From positions 1,440,001 to 1,504,000 of the forward strand of contig CAXXOA010000001.1 of the NCBI GenBank assembly GCA_963666275.2: a DNA stretch of 64,000 nucleotides, read 5' to 3'. This document shows, one piece after another, positions 9,644 to 19,250 of this stretch. The number at the start of each line of letters is the position of its first letter. Position 1 is the first letter of the stretch. This DNA comes from Oceanispirochaeta sp. (GTDB lineage Bacteria; Spirochaetota; Spirochaetia; DSM-2461). The position numbers and the translations under genes are program-made. The notes beneath the pieces were generated by a model. It had not been told where the DNA came from. It did not search any database and saw only the letters and a list, made by a program, of their open reading frames with translations.

Positions 9644-11430
9644 TTCTTAAAAAATATTTTGTACCGATTTTTTTTATAACACTGATTATGCTTCTTTTTT
9701 CCTGCCGTACCGCCAACGAAGAAACGGCGCCGGTGATTCAGTATGATGAACAGGAGCAGAGAATCAATCTGATAGACAGGCTTCTCCGGGAGGAAAAACC
9801 CGAAGAAGCTATACAGTGGATCCATTTCTACAGGTTTGAGAGTTCTGATGAGTCAGATTTCGATCTCAGGGAGACCGAAGCTCTGAATCTCCTGGCCGGG
9901 AAATTTCAGGAGGCTCTGAAGGAAAAGGAATACCTCAGAGCCATCTCGATCTATCAGTCTCTGGAAAGGCTGGGAAAGGAGGAACTCCTTGAGGATGCCG
10001 GAGAAACCATTGAAACCCTGCGTTTATCCTATCTCCTCCATCTTACAGAAATAGGCCGTACCGGAGCGGCTGCGGGGCTTATATCCGCCGAATTTGCTTC
10101 CCGGACGGAGCTGCAGGACAGCGATCTTCAGAGACTGGTAAGGAAGTTTACAGAGGGAGAAAATAGAAAAGCCCTGACCATCCTGACGGATGAAATGGTC
10201 GCCAGATCTCTTCCCGTACCGGAGGACACTCAGAATTTTCTCAGCAGAAAAGTTCAGATGGAAGATTTCCTTGAAGGTACTGTGACGATCTGGGTTGATA
10301 AAGGCCTGAGGATAGAAAAGGGCGTCGGCTTTCCAGACAGAGTGATAGGAAGCGGATTCTTTATTGATAAAGACGGTTACATCCTGACAAACTATCACGT
10401 GATCGAGAGCGAAGTTGATCCGGAGTACCAGGGGCATTCAAAACTGTTTATAAAACTTTCCGATGACAGAGGGGAAAAAATCCCCGCCCGGGTTGTGGGC
10501 TGGGACAGGCACTTTGACCTGGCTCTTCTGAAAACAGAGATTGAGGCGCCCTATGTCTTTTCCTTCTCCTCCAGCGACAAATATTCCCTGGGGCAGAATA
10601 TTATGGCCATCGGTTCGCCCGGCGGTTTGAATAACTCCATCACCTCGGGAACTGTGTCGGCAGTGAACCGTCCTCTCATGACCATGGGGGAGGCTGTTCA
10701 GATCGATGTTCCCATCAATCCGGGTAACAGCGGAGGGCCTCTCCTCAATCCTCAGGGTGAGGTGAAAGGTGTCATTTTTGCGGGGATAGAGGAGTTTGAA
10801 GGCATCAATTTCGCCATTTACGGCTCCTATGTCAAAAGCCTTCTGCCTTCTCTGTATGAAGGAGGGGCTGTTGTTCATCCCTGGATCGGCATCGGGGGGT
10901 ATCAGGAGTACAATCATCTGGAAGCCCTCTATACTGTTCCGGATTCTCCCGCTGCCGCCGCCGGTATTGAAAGGGAGGCTAAAATTCTCTCTGTAAACGG
11001 CATTGAGGTGAAACGAAATCAGGATGTCAGGGATATCCTTCTGGGGCTTCAGCCTGGAACCATCGTCTCTCTGAAATGGGAGCTCCGGGGAGAGGAGAGA
11101 ACCTCCTTGCTGACTCTGGCGGAACGACCGGATATTCCCTTCGCCTATGCCATTGAAAATGATGACAGGGACAGCCTTATTCCCGCATTTTTCGGGATGG
11201 TTCTCGAGAGGACCCGGAAGGATCAGTATCAGGTCCGGAAGGTCTATACGGGCAGTGCTGCGGATGAAGCGAGCATTTCCGCCAATGATGTGATCACACT
11301 GAAAAAGTGGCTTGTGAACCAGGAGGACGGGTATGTACTGATCCAGTTCCTCTTCAAGGGGGTCAAAGCCGGTTATCTGGAAAGTGCCATACAGCTTGGG
11401 GCAGGCTTTGAATCAGTGCTGTTTTTCTAA
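9640..11430 (+). CDS. Lipoprotein trypsin-like (S1C) serine protease with PDZ domain(s)
   Basis: Lipobox-like LLFSC; GSGFFI, LTNYHV, DLALLK, INPGNSGGPL. Confidence 0.88.
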   Translation: MILKKYFVPIFFITLIMLLFSCRTANEETAPVIQYDEQEQRINLIDRLLREEKPEEAIQWIHFYRFESSDESDFDLRETEALNLLAGKFQEALKEKEYLRAISIYQSLERLGKEELLEDAGETIETLRLSYLLHLTEIGRTGAAAGLISAEFASRTELQDSDLQRLVRKFTEGENRKALTILTDEMVARSLPVPEDTQNFLSRKVQMEDFLEGTVTIWVDKGLRIEKGVGFPDRVIGSGFFIDKDGYILTNYHVIESEVDPEYQGHSKLFIKLSDDRGEKIPARVVGWDRHFDLALLKTEIEAPYVFSFSSSDKYSLGQNIMAIGSPGGLNNSITSGTVSAVNRPLMTMGEAVQIDVPINPGNSGGPLLNPQGEVKGVIFAGIEEFEGINFAIYGSYVKSLLPSLYEGGAVVHPWIGIGGYQEYNHLEALYTVPDSPAAAAGIEREAKILSVNGIEVKRNQDVRDILLGLQPGTIVSLKWELRGEERTSLLTLAERPDIPFAYAIENDDRDSLIPAFFGMVLERTRKDQYQVRKVYTGSAADEASISANDVITLKKWLVNQEDGYVLIQFLFKGVKAGYLESAIQLGAGFESVLFF

Positions 11431-11441
11431 AGATCCTTTGA

Positions 11442-11470
11442 TTGAATAAAATTATCACTTCGTATATAGT
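11442..11470 (+). promoter_or_regulatory. Sigma70-type promoter of lepA (likely leaderless)
   Basis: TTGAAT-17 nt-TATAGT, then 7 nt to ATG 11478; no Shine-Dalgarno. Confidence 0.65.
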
Positions 11471-11477
11471 GCATCAC

Positions 11478-13289
11478 ATGAAATACAATCAGAATAATAT
11501 CCGCAATTTCTGTATCATTGCCCATATAGATCACGGTAAATCCACCCTTGCAGACAGGTTCCTCCAGAAGGCTCATGCTGTTTCCGACCGGGACTTCAAG
11601 GAGCAGATGCTCGACTCTATGGACATTGAACGGGAAAGGGGCATTACCATAAAGTCCCAGGCTGTCACCATCGAGTATACAGCCGACAACGGTGAGATCT
11701 ATGAGCTGAATCTTGTCGATACTCCCGGTCATGTGGATTTTTCCTATGAAGTCTCAAGGGCTATCACATCCTGCGAAGGAGCGCTTCTTCTGATCGATGC
11801 CTCCCAGGGGGTTGAGGCTCAGACCCTTTCCAATATGTACATGGCTCTTGATCATGATCTGGATATTATTCCCGTTGTCAATAAAATGGATCTTCCCAGT
11901 GCGGATCTACCTATGGTAACCGAACAGATCGAACACGATCTGGGGCTGGAATCAGAGCTTATTTATCCTGTTTCCGCTAAAACCGGTCAGAATGTGGAAG
12001 CATTGATTGAGGGGCTGATAAAATGGATCCCCTCACCCAAGGGGAGTCCCGATGATCCTCTCAAGTGTCTTATTTTCGACTCCCACTATGATGCCTATAG
12101 AGGGGTTGTGATTCATATCAGAATTTTTGAAGGATCCATAAAAACCGGAGATGAAATTTACATCATGTCCAATAAAGCTTCCTATAAAGTAGAAGAGGTC
12201 GGGATGTTTAAACTCTCCCTCTCCAAGACAGGAGAGCTGAAAGCCGGTCAGGTCGGATACATCATCGCCGGTATCAAGAATATTTCAGATATCAGAGTCG
12301 GTGATACCATCTCTCTGAAGAACAATATCTGCAAGGAGGCTCTCCCCGGATTCAGGGAAGTCAAACCTGTGGTTTTCTCCTCCATCTATCCAGTGGATAC
12401 CAATCAGTACGAAGAACTGCACTCCGCCATAGACAAGCTGAAACTGAACGATGCATCCCTGATTTATGAAAAAGATGCTTCAGCTGCACTGGGATTCGGA
12501 TTCCGCTGCGGTTTTCTGGGTCTGCTCCATCTCGAAGTTGTTCAGGAGAGGCTTGAGCGTGAGTTCGGTCTGAATATAGTCCTCACATCCCCTTCGGTTC
12601 AGTACCGTCTGACCAATCAGAAAAAAGAAACCTTCTATCTGGATAATCCCGCTGAGTATCCGGATCCCGGGACCTTGGAAAAGGCCGAAGAACCCTATAT
12701 TACCGCCGCCATTATTACGCCTACTGATTTTCTGGGCAGCATCATGACCCTCTGTATGAATAAGAGGGGCATTCAGACCCATATGAACTATCTGGATGAA
12801 AAGCGGGTTGAGATCAAATTTGATATGCCCCTGGCGGAAGTCCTTTTTGATTTTTATGATAAGCTCAAGTCCATCAGTCGCGGCTATGCGTCTTTTGATT
12901 ACGAAGTCATCGGGTTCAGAGAAACTCAGCTGGCAAAGCTTGAGATTATTATCAATGGTGATAAAGTGGATGCTCTGGCTCAGCTTATTCATAAGGATAA
13001 TGCCTATGATCGGGGTAAGGGAGTTTGTAAAAAACTGAAAGGGGAAATTACCCGTCAGCAGTTCAAGATCCCCATACAGGCGGCCATTGGGAATACAATT
13101 ATTGCCAGAGAGACCATAAGCGCCCTCAGAAAAGACGTAACATCCAAATGTTACGGTGGTGATATCTCACGGAAGCGGAAGCTGCTGGAGAAACAGAAAG
13201 AGGGTAAGAAGAGGATGAAAATGGTTGGTAATGTCGAACTGCCCCAGTCAGCCTTTCTGTCTGTTCTCAGGACTGACGATTCGGACTGA
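11478..13289 (+). CDS. lepA: Translation factor EF-4 / LepA
   Basis: IRNFCIIAHIDHGKSTLADR, DTPGHVDF, CYGGDISRKRKLLEKQK. Confidence 0.98.
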   Translation: MKYNQNNIRNFCIIAHIDHGKSTLADRFLQKAHAVSDRDFKEQMLDSMDIERERGITIKSQAVTIEYTADNGEIYELNLVDTPGHVDFSYEVSRAITSCEGALLLIDASQGVEAQTLSNMYMALDHDLDIIPVVNKMDLPSADLPMVTEQIEHDLGLESELIYPVSAKTGQNVEALIEGLIKWIPSPKGSPDDPLKCLIFDSHYDAYRGVVIHIRIFEGSIKTGDEIYIMSNKASYKVEEVGMFKLSLSKTGELKAGQVGYIIAGIKNISDIRVGDTISLKNNICKEALPGFREVKPVVFSSIYPVDTNQYEELHSAIDKLKLNDASLIYEKDASAALGFGFRCGFLGLLHLEVVQERLEREFGLNIVLTSPSVQYRLTNQKKETFYLDNPAEYPDPGTLEKAEEPYITAAIITPTDFLGSIMTLCMNKRGIQTHMNYLDEKRVEIKFDMPLAEVLFDFYDKLKSISRGYASFDYEVIGFRETQLAKLEIIINGDKVDALAQLIHKDNAYDRGKGVCKKLKGEITRQQFKIPIQAAIGNTIIARETISALRKDVTSKCYGGDISRKRKLLEKQKEGKKRMKMVGNVELPQSAFLSVLRTDDSD

Positions 13290-13325
13290 GTTTCTCCGGA
13301 TTTTTTGAAATATCCCTGTAATTTC

Positions 13326-14939
13326 CTATGAGGTAAGACGGGATAGGAGCCTGTAGTAACGCCGCACCGACTGGAGCGCCCTGAAAAGGAACTCCGGTCT
13401 GGTATTGGGCAGACTGATAGTATCCGGAAAGTGATAATAACTGAAGTCAGACTGAATCAGCAATGGAATCAGGGCTTCCGGTTCCGCATTCTCGGCATTG
13501 ACTCTCTCCCACATCTTTATAAGAGCTTCCAGCTTATCTTTTTCCTTTTTCAGAATCCTCAGGACTGTTCTGTTCCGTTCTGAAGAAGAATCGCTATTTT
13601 TATTTTCCAGGCAGCTTTTTTCCTCATTGCCCGGGGAGATGCACAATTCCAGTGCTTCTGATGGTGTCAGCCGGGGAATGCCGAAATCTGCTCCTCCTTC
13701 AGCGATGTCATAGACTCTTCCATCCATGCAGTGGCAGAGGTCCCTCAGCTGGCAGCCGTACTGCTGAAGCACCGGATTGGTCCTCAGGCCGGAGCGGCCG
13801 TCTTTGGATAAGGCGGGAATGCTGGGTCTGGAAAGGGTGAAGTTCAGCCAGGCATCACCGCCAAGCCTTCCATCCAGGAGTTTCATCCAGTCATGGAAAG
13901 GGGTTTCCCGTGCGTGGGACTTTCCCTCTCTGTAGCTGAAATCAAGTCCCGTCAGTAAGATGGGAGCCTCGGTGATTTCTCCGGCCACATAAAGAGCTGT
14001 TACGCCCACAGAACCCAGAGCGGGTATTTCTGCGGGAAGGAGCTCTTCCTTCTCAAATTCCTCCACCAGGCCGTTGGTGCCGAACCGGGAAGAGAAATAG
14101 TAATGGTCCCCCTGAAAATCTCTCAGAGTCTGAGGGTAGGCCGTGATATCGGAAAACTGAAGAATACTGTGTCCCTTCAGAGGGTAGAAATCCTTCAGAT
14201 TGTGAAACTGTGCTTCCAGATTCACAACTCCGTCGGGCAGTATCCCCCCCCTTGCCAGCGCCTGGACCGCTGTATCCACACTGAGTATGAAGAACTTGTC
14301 TCTGTGAGTCTTCATAAAAGGGAGCGACTCTTCCAGGGATTCTCCCGCTCCCGCCAGAATCACAGGTTTTGTTGTTTTAAAATCACCGAGATCTCTGAGA
14401 TCTGTCTCTGCCATATTAATCAGAAGGTTCTGCATCCACAGACGGCCCAGTTTCGTGGTTGTCAGTCTGTTCCTCCAGTAATACTGCTGAAAGCTCTGAA
14501 GGGAAGAGAAGAGTGAATCATAGAGCTTTTTATTGAAACTGTATCCTCCGTTCAGGGGAACTATCCGGCAATTTCTGAATCGTGCCGGCTGAAGGTCATA
14601 GAAAACTCTGTACAGGGATACAGGGCTGTCAAGGCGGTAGACCAGGCAACGGGGAGACCGCAATTTTTCAAGATAGGGGGACGACTCTTTCATCAGCTGC
14701 TGATCCGTTTCAACTGCAAGGACAATTGAATCTTCCGGGAGGGAGTCTAAAAGCTCAGAGAGTCCGTATCCGAAAAGGGGAGAAGGGATAAAATAGATTG
14801 TTCTGGGAAGAATTTCCGCCTGGCTGACCAGGCGGATAGATGATCCCGAGGGATTGTAACGTGAATAGAGTGTTCTGCTGCCAATCCGGAAATTCAGGTC
14901 CCCGTTGGGGGCGGAAATGATTTCCCTTTCCTTATCCAT
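13326..14939 (-). CDS. Maf / DUF115 (MptE-like domain) family protein, possible flagellin glycosyltransferase
   Basis: LYSRYNP N-terminal motif, W..N...N, LAGAGESLE, VDTA, GSVG, LTGLDFSY...HAR. Confidence 0.7.
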   Translation of the reverse strand: MDKEREIISAPNGDLNFRIGSRTLYSRYNPSGSSIRLVSQAEILPRTIYFIPSPLFGYGLSELLDSLPEDSIVLAVETDQQLMKESSPYLEKLRSPRCLVYRLDSPVSLYRVFYDLQPARFRNCRIVPLNGGYSFNKKLYDSLFSSLQSFQQYYWRNRLTTTKLGRLWMQNLLINMAETDLRDLGDFKTTKPVILAGAGESLEESLPFMKTHRDKFFILSVDTAVQALARGGILPDGVVNLEAQFHNLKDFYPLKGHSILQFSDITAYPQTLRDFQGDHYYFSSRFGTNGLVEEFEKEELLPAEIPALGSVGVTALYVAGEITEAPILLTGLDFSYREGKSHARETPFHDWMKLLDGRLGGDAWLNFTLSRPSIPALSKDGRSGLRTNPVLQQYGCQLRDLCHCMDGRVYDIAEGGADFGIPRLTPSEALELCISPGNEEKSCLENKNSDSSSERNRTVLRILKKEKDKLEALIKMWERVNAENAEPEALIPLLIQSDFSYYHFPDTISLPNTRPEFLFRALQSVRRYYRLLSRLTS

Positions 14940-14959
14940 CTGGCAGCAGTTGATCCTGA

Positions 14960-16498
14960 TCAGGATTCCTTGAAAATCCTGTTGAATGTGGCGTCAAAAT
15001 TGTCTTTCAGTTTATCTGAGTTCAGATAGACAGCCTGAATCTGGCTCTCTTTGTACTGATTCAGTTCGCTTGTAAGCTGAGACTCGATATAGGGCTTGTA
15101 CTCTTCGGGATACTGAAATCCTTCCTGTTCTTCAAGGAGGGAGAAGACAATGACTCTTCTGTCCAGGATGACAGGCTCTGAGATCTCTCCGGGAGTGTTC
15201 AGGCCGAAGGCATTCTGAAAGAAGTCATCGCTGTAGGCTGCAGAGCTCATCAGGCTGTCGCTGGTTTTGTTTCCGGGGCTGTTCACAATAAAAGGAACAT
15301 TGCCGTATACGGGAGCAATAAAACCGGTTTCTCCTGTTTCCAGGCCCATATCAGCGGCGGCAGTGAGAAGATCGGAAGACTGGGCTGATACAGCCAGTGC
15401 CTGAGCCTGCTCCACAAGATAATCTTCAATCATACCGACTTCTTCTCTTTCCATGTATGTCCTGATGGAAGCAATCGTATCAGTGTCGCTCGTATCGGCA
15501 GAAATGACAGGACCAGCTGCCTGAAAGATGAAATAGGCACTGTCCGTTGAAAGGACGCCGGTGTAGCTGTTCGCATCCAGGGCAAAAACTTCATCAGCCT
15601 GCTCTTTATCAAGGAAGGTGAGAAGATTGTAGTAGGGAGTTTCTCCCATGGATCCGCCGTTTTCAGAATAGGAGTCTTTGGACATATTTCTTGCCACTTC
15701 ATCAAAGCTAGAACCGCTGTCCAGTTTGTTCAGGATGTCCAGTGCATCATTTTCGGAGGTGTAAACAGTGATCCTGTTGAGGTCGCGTCTGGCAAAAATC
15801 TCGGCGTTTTCCTGACCGTATTCGGAAACTTTGCTGACAGGGTAGGCAGAATAGGGCAGAGAGGCATAGGAAAAGTTCTTTTCCGTTGACCCCATGTCCA
15901 GCAGAAAATCTATCTGTTTATCCGATCTCTGAATGTTGTTCAGAGTGTCCGTATAATAGGTCTGAACTTTCAGATCTTCCTCCAGGGAATCCCTGATCTC
16001 TTTGATTCTGGTGCCGGGAGTGTTCATATAGGCTTCTTCGTTAAAAGTACCGTTTTCAGTGAAGATTCCGGATGTGACAATGGCTCTGTCGATTTTCCGG
16101 GAGGAAACGTCTGCATCCGCAGATTCCACATCGTCCAGCATAGCGGTTCTGACGATTGTCTGGTTGAATGCGGACCGCCAGATGAGCTGTCTCAGGAAAT
16201 CCATATTTCCGTTGGTTCCGAGACTGTCCCGGTACATGCTGTTGATGGATTCAACCTGCTGGGAAAAGTAATTTCCCTGCTCGAAAGTAATAGGAGTATT
16301 ACCGTATTTTCCGAAAACCAGTAAACCCGAAGCTCCTCCGGAGCCTGCCAGTGCGGGGACGAATACAAAACTGACTATGGTAATGGCCAGGACAACAATG
16401 GTTCCTGCCATAAGATTTTTTTGTTTTCTTTTGTGCTTGTCTGCTTTTAGCTTTGCTGCATCAGTTGAATTTGAGAGCTTTTTCTCTTTTTTAGACAT
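14960..16498 (-). CDS. SurA-N/PpiD-like membrane-anchored peptidyl-prolyl isomerase chaperone
   Basis: N-terminal TM helix, SurA_N-like region, rotamase-like SFDEVARNMSKDS..NGGSMG. Confidence 0.75.
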   Translation of the reverse strand: MSKKEKKLSNSTDAAKLKADKHKRKQKNLMAGTIVVLAITIVSFVFVPALAGSGGASGLLVFGKYGNTPITFEQGNYFSQQVESINSMYRDSLGTNGNMDFLRQLIWRSAFNQTIVRTAMLDDVESADADVSSRKIDRAIVTSGIFTENGTFNEEAYMNTPGTRIKEIRDSLEEDLKVQTYYTDTLNNIQRSDKQIDFLLDMGSTEKNFSYASLPYSAYPVSKVSEYGQENAEIFARRDLNRITVYTSENDALDILNKLDSGSSFDEVARNMSKDSYSENGGSMGETPYYNLLTFLDKEQADEVFALDANSYTGVLSTDSAYFIFQAAGPVISADTSDTDTIASIRTYMEREEVGMIEDYLVEQAQALAVSAQSSDLLTAAADMGLETGETGFIAPVYGNVPFIVNSPGNKTSDSLMSSAAYSDDFFQNAFGLNTPGEISEPVILDRRVIVFSLLEEQEGFQYPEEYKPYIESQLTSELNQYKESQIQAVYLNSDKLKDNFDATFNRIFKES

Positions 16499-16542
16499 GG
16501 GACGTCCTTAGTAACAAGATATTTATAATAGAGAGCATCGAA

Positions 16543-16571
16543 AAATTATCATGAAAGGGTATACCTGTCAA
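16543..16571 (-). promoter_or_regulatory. Candidate sigma70 promoter of the PpiD-like gene
   Basis: Minus strand TTGACA-17 nt-TAATTT with upstream TGn; divergent from the tRNA promoter. Confidence 0.5.
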
Positions 16572-16598
16572 CTTGATGTAAATTATTTCACAGGGGTG

Positions 16599-16627
16599 TT
16601 GACATAATGGGGAAGCATGAGTAAAGT
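16599..16627 (+). promoter_or_regulatory. Sigma70 promoter of tRNA-Asp
   Basis: TTGACA-17 nt-TAAAGT, 12 nt upstream of the tRNA. Confidence 0.75.
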
Positions 16628-16639
16628 ACGCCTTTATAT

Positions 16640-16713
16640 GGAGGCGTAGCGAAGATGGTTATCGCGCCGGCCTGTCAAGCCGGAGATCGCGGGTTCGAGA
16701 CCCGTCGCTTCCG
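16640..16713 (+). tRNA. tRNA-Asp (anticodon GTC)
   Basis: Acceptor GGAGGCG/CGCTTCC; anticodon arm CCGGC-CTGTCAA-GCCGG; T arm GCGGG-TTCGAGA-CCCGT. Confidence 0.96.
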
Positions 16714-16716
16714 TTC

Positions 16717-16748
16717 CTTTCGGCTCCGTTCTGGAGCCGAAAGTTTTT
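16717..16748 (+). terminator. Intrinsic terminator between the two tRNA genes
   Basis: CTTTCGGCTCC-GTTCT-GGAGCCGAAAG followed by TTTTT. Confidence 0.75.
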
Positions 16749-16814
16749 CTCTTCCCCACGTCTGGCGTGAGGTTTTGAAAGAAGATCCCATTTAAAAAGT
16801 TTACACAGCAATAT

Positions 16815-16886
16815 CGGGCTGTAGCGCAGGGGGAGCGCGCGCCGTTCGGGACGGTGAGGTCGGAGGTTCAAATCCTCTCAGCCCGA
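16815..16886 (+). tRNA. tRNA-Pro (anticodon CGG)
   Basis: Acceptor CGGGCTG/CAGCCCG; anticodon arm CGCCG-TTCGGGA-CGGTG; T arm GGAGG-TTCAAAT-CCTCT. Confidence 0.95.
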
Positions 16887-17137
16887 CTCTTTTCCATTTT
16901 AACAGTAAAGAATCAACTGTTTCCTGTCGTTTGTAGATCTTTCATAAAACAGTCAATGGATATGACTCTGGTTTCAATTTTATGAAACAAAGTGCTCCCT
17001 GATGCCTTTTTCATTATAATTAATGAAGCCGTGCCCCGGGGAGTCTGCGGAACGGCGGGACCTGTCCGGATTTGAAGGGGTCCAATATTTTAAAGAACTC
17101 TGTTTAGTTCATTGTGGAAAAAGCCGAAAAATTAACT

Positions 17138-17974
17138 ATGGTAAAAGCTGGAAAATTACTCCCACTGATCCTGTGTTTACAGGGCATAATTTTTGTTAAC
17201 GCCCAGACGGTGTATCATACTCTGCAGAAGGGAGAGACCCTGTACAGTCTTTCCAGGCAGTATAATGTCACTGTGCAGGATCTTATTGAACTGAATGATA
17301 TAGATTCTCCGGAAAGTCTTTCTGAAGGATTCAGGTTGATTATCTCTACCGGTTCTTCACAGGAAAACGATGGAAATTCCATAGAAAAAAATGATTTTTC
17401 GGACAATGTTCAGTATACTGTAAAAAAGGGAGATACATTCTACCGCATTGCCAGAGCTCATAATATGAGTGTCAATGAACTGATGAGTCTCAATGATTTT
17501 TCCGGTTCCAGTATACTGAAACCGGGAGATGTCCTTGTGGTGAAAGAAGGGGGGCAGACACAGACTGTCCCGCAGCCCATAGAGGAAAGAAGCGAGGCTG
17601 TACGGACTGTCATGACCTCGGCTGATTTAACATGGCCGGTGGAAGGGGCTATGCAGACACTGACAGGCAAACTCCGGGGAGTTACCATTCAGGCCGCCGA
17701 GGCGTCTCTTGTGCAGTCTGTTGCATCCGGAAAGGTTGTCTGGACCGGACCATACAGAGGTTTCGGTCAGGTCGTTCTCATCGATGTCGACGGATATATC
17801 TATCTTTACGGCGGCAATGATGATATTTTTGTCAATGTAGGAGAGTACGTTCCGGCGGGGTCACGAATCGGTCGTCTGGGCAATTCAGGTCTGGCATCAC
17901 GAACTGTAGATATGTATTTTTCCGTTTTTAAAGACGGTGTACCTGTGAGTGTAGTATCTGCTCCCAGGGGATGA
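17138..17974 (+). CDS. 2x LysM + degenerate M23 domain protein (NlpD-like)
   Basis: LysM repeats YHTLQKGETLYSLS and YTVKKGDTFYRIA; WPVEG...GKVVWTGPYRGFGQVV; M23 zinc His motifs not evident. Confidence 0.85.
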   Translation: MVKAGKLLPLILCLQGIIFVNAQTVYHTLQKGETLYSLSRQYNVTVQDLIELNDIDSPESLSEGFRLIISTGSSQENDGNSIEKNDFSDNVQYTVKKGDTFYRIARAHNMSVNELMSLNDFSGSSILKPGDVLVVKEGGQTQTVPQPIEERSEAVRTVMTSADLTWPVEGAMQTLTGKLRGVTIQAAEASLVQSVASGKVVWTGPYRGFGQVVLIDVDGYIYLYGGNDDIFVNVGEYVPAGSRIGRLGNSGLASRTVDMYFSVFKDGVPVSVVSAPRG

Positions 17975-18005
17975 ATAAACCAGAGGGAGTACCGGTTTTT
18001 ACCTT

Positions 18006-18953
18006 ATGAAAGACGATGAATCTCGAGAATTGAACAATGAAACAGATCCGTTAGCATTATACCTCAAGCAGATTTCCAGATATGACCTTCTGACAATAGC
18101 AGAAGAACAGGAGATCGGGATAAATCTTGAAAAGCTGAACGAAAGAGTGGCCGAACTGGAAACGGAATTCTCCAGTGATCAGGTTTCCGCTCAGGAATAT
18201 AAAATACAGAAAAAGATTTTTGACGAAAAAATCAAATTCAATAAGAATAAAATGATCCAGTCCAATCTACGGCTGGTTGTTTCCATTGCCAAAAAGTACC
18301 AGCACCGGGGAATGTCTCTGCTGGATCTTATCGATGAGGGAAATATCGGCCTCATAGAGGCTGTTGACCGTTTTGATTATACCAAAGGCTGCCGATTTTC
18401 AACCTATGGTACCTGGTGGATCAGACAGGCCATTATAAAATCCCTGGCGGATAAGTCGAGAATCATCCGGATTCCCATTCATATGCTGAATACCATAAAG
18501 AAGAGTTACCTTGTTTCCAAACAGCTGACTCAGGAGCTGGGAAGGGATCCTCTTCCCGAAGAAATGGCTGAGTATATGAATCTTCCCATCGAGAAGGTCA
18601 AGGAGATCATGTCTCTTTCCCAGGAGACTGCCTCTCTGGATACCACTGTTGATCAGGACCATATGACCCGTCTGAGCGATCTCATCAAGGATGAGAATAA
18701 CAAGGAGCCCATTGATGCGGTTTTTAAGCTATCCCTTCAGGATACGATCAATGAGGTTCTGAATCAGCTCAGCGAGAGGGAAATGAAGATTATCCAGCTG
18801 CGGTTCGGTCTGAATGAAACCACACCCCTGACTCTGGAGGAAACCGGAAAAGTTCTGGGTATCACAAGAGAGCGGGTGAGGCAGATTCAGGAAATGGCCA
18901 TTTCCAAAATGCGGAATTTCAAAATTATCAAAGATCTTGAAGATTACGTTTAA
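18006..18953 (+). CDS. Sigma-70 family group 2 (RpoS-like) sigma factor lacking region 1.1
   Basis: Region 1.2 [57 protein letters not shown]. Confidence 0.9.
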   Translation: MKDDESRELNNETDPLALYLKQISRYDLLTIAEEQEIGINLEKLNERVAELETEFSSDQVSAQEYKIQKKIFDEKIKFNKNKMIQSNLRLVVSIAKKYQHRGMSLLDLIDEGNIGLIEAVDRFDYTKGCRFSTYGTWWIRQAIIKSLADKSRIIRIPIHMLNTIKKSYLVSKQLTQELGRDPLPEEMAEYMNLPIEKVKEIMSLSQETASLDTTVDQDHMTRLSDLIKDENNKEPIDAVFKLSLQDTINEVLNQLSEREMKIIQLRFGLNETTPLTLEETGKVLGITRERVRQIQEMAISKMRNFKIIKDLEDYV

Positions 18954-18992
18954 TCATCTCGAATTTTCCCGAACTATACCGATATAGAAAGT

Positions 18993-19250
18993 ATGGACCA
19001 GTTTCATCCCCTATTCTATGTGCAGTTAAAGGACGATTTTGCAGAAAATTGTGAAGTCCGGGAGCAGACACCGCTCTTTCCGGGTATGGACGAAGATCCC
19101 TACCTGGAAGCCAGGGCTCACGTTTCTGTCGGAAAAGTCTATCCTGTGCTTAAAATTCAGGGGGAACGGGATCTTCTGATTCTTGATGACAGGGGATTTC
19201 TCTACACAACCCCCCGTGAACTCTTCAAGTTTGCCGATCCTCCGGAATAA
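18993..19250 (+). CDS. Small hypothetical protein
   Basis: 85-aa ORF filling the gap between the sigma factor and the convergent methyltransferase. Confidence 0.6.
   Translation: MDQFHPLFYVQLKDDFAENCEVREQTPLFPGMDEDPYLEARAHVSVGKVYPVLKIQGERDLLILDDRGFLYTTPRELFKFADPPE

Noticed and set aside
16828..16834. G-rich short D-loop of tRNA-Pro
   Set aside because: A 7-nt loop with the conserved A, GG and A is within normal variation and the cloverleaf is intact.
16640..16886. tRNA genes as island integration sites
   Set aside because: I saw no integrase, duplicated tRNA 3' end or foreign genes next to any of the three tRNAs.
17891..17910. TGGCA motif upstream of the sigma factor as a possible sigma54 promoter (as for Borrelia rpoS)
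   Set aside because: The GG-N10-GC spacing is not met; TG is found instead of GC.
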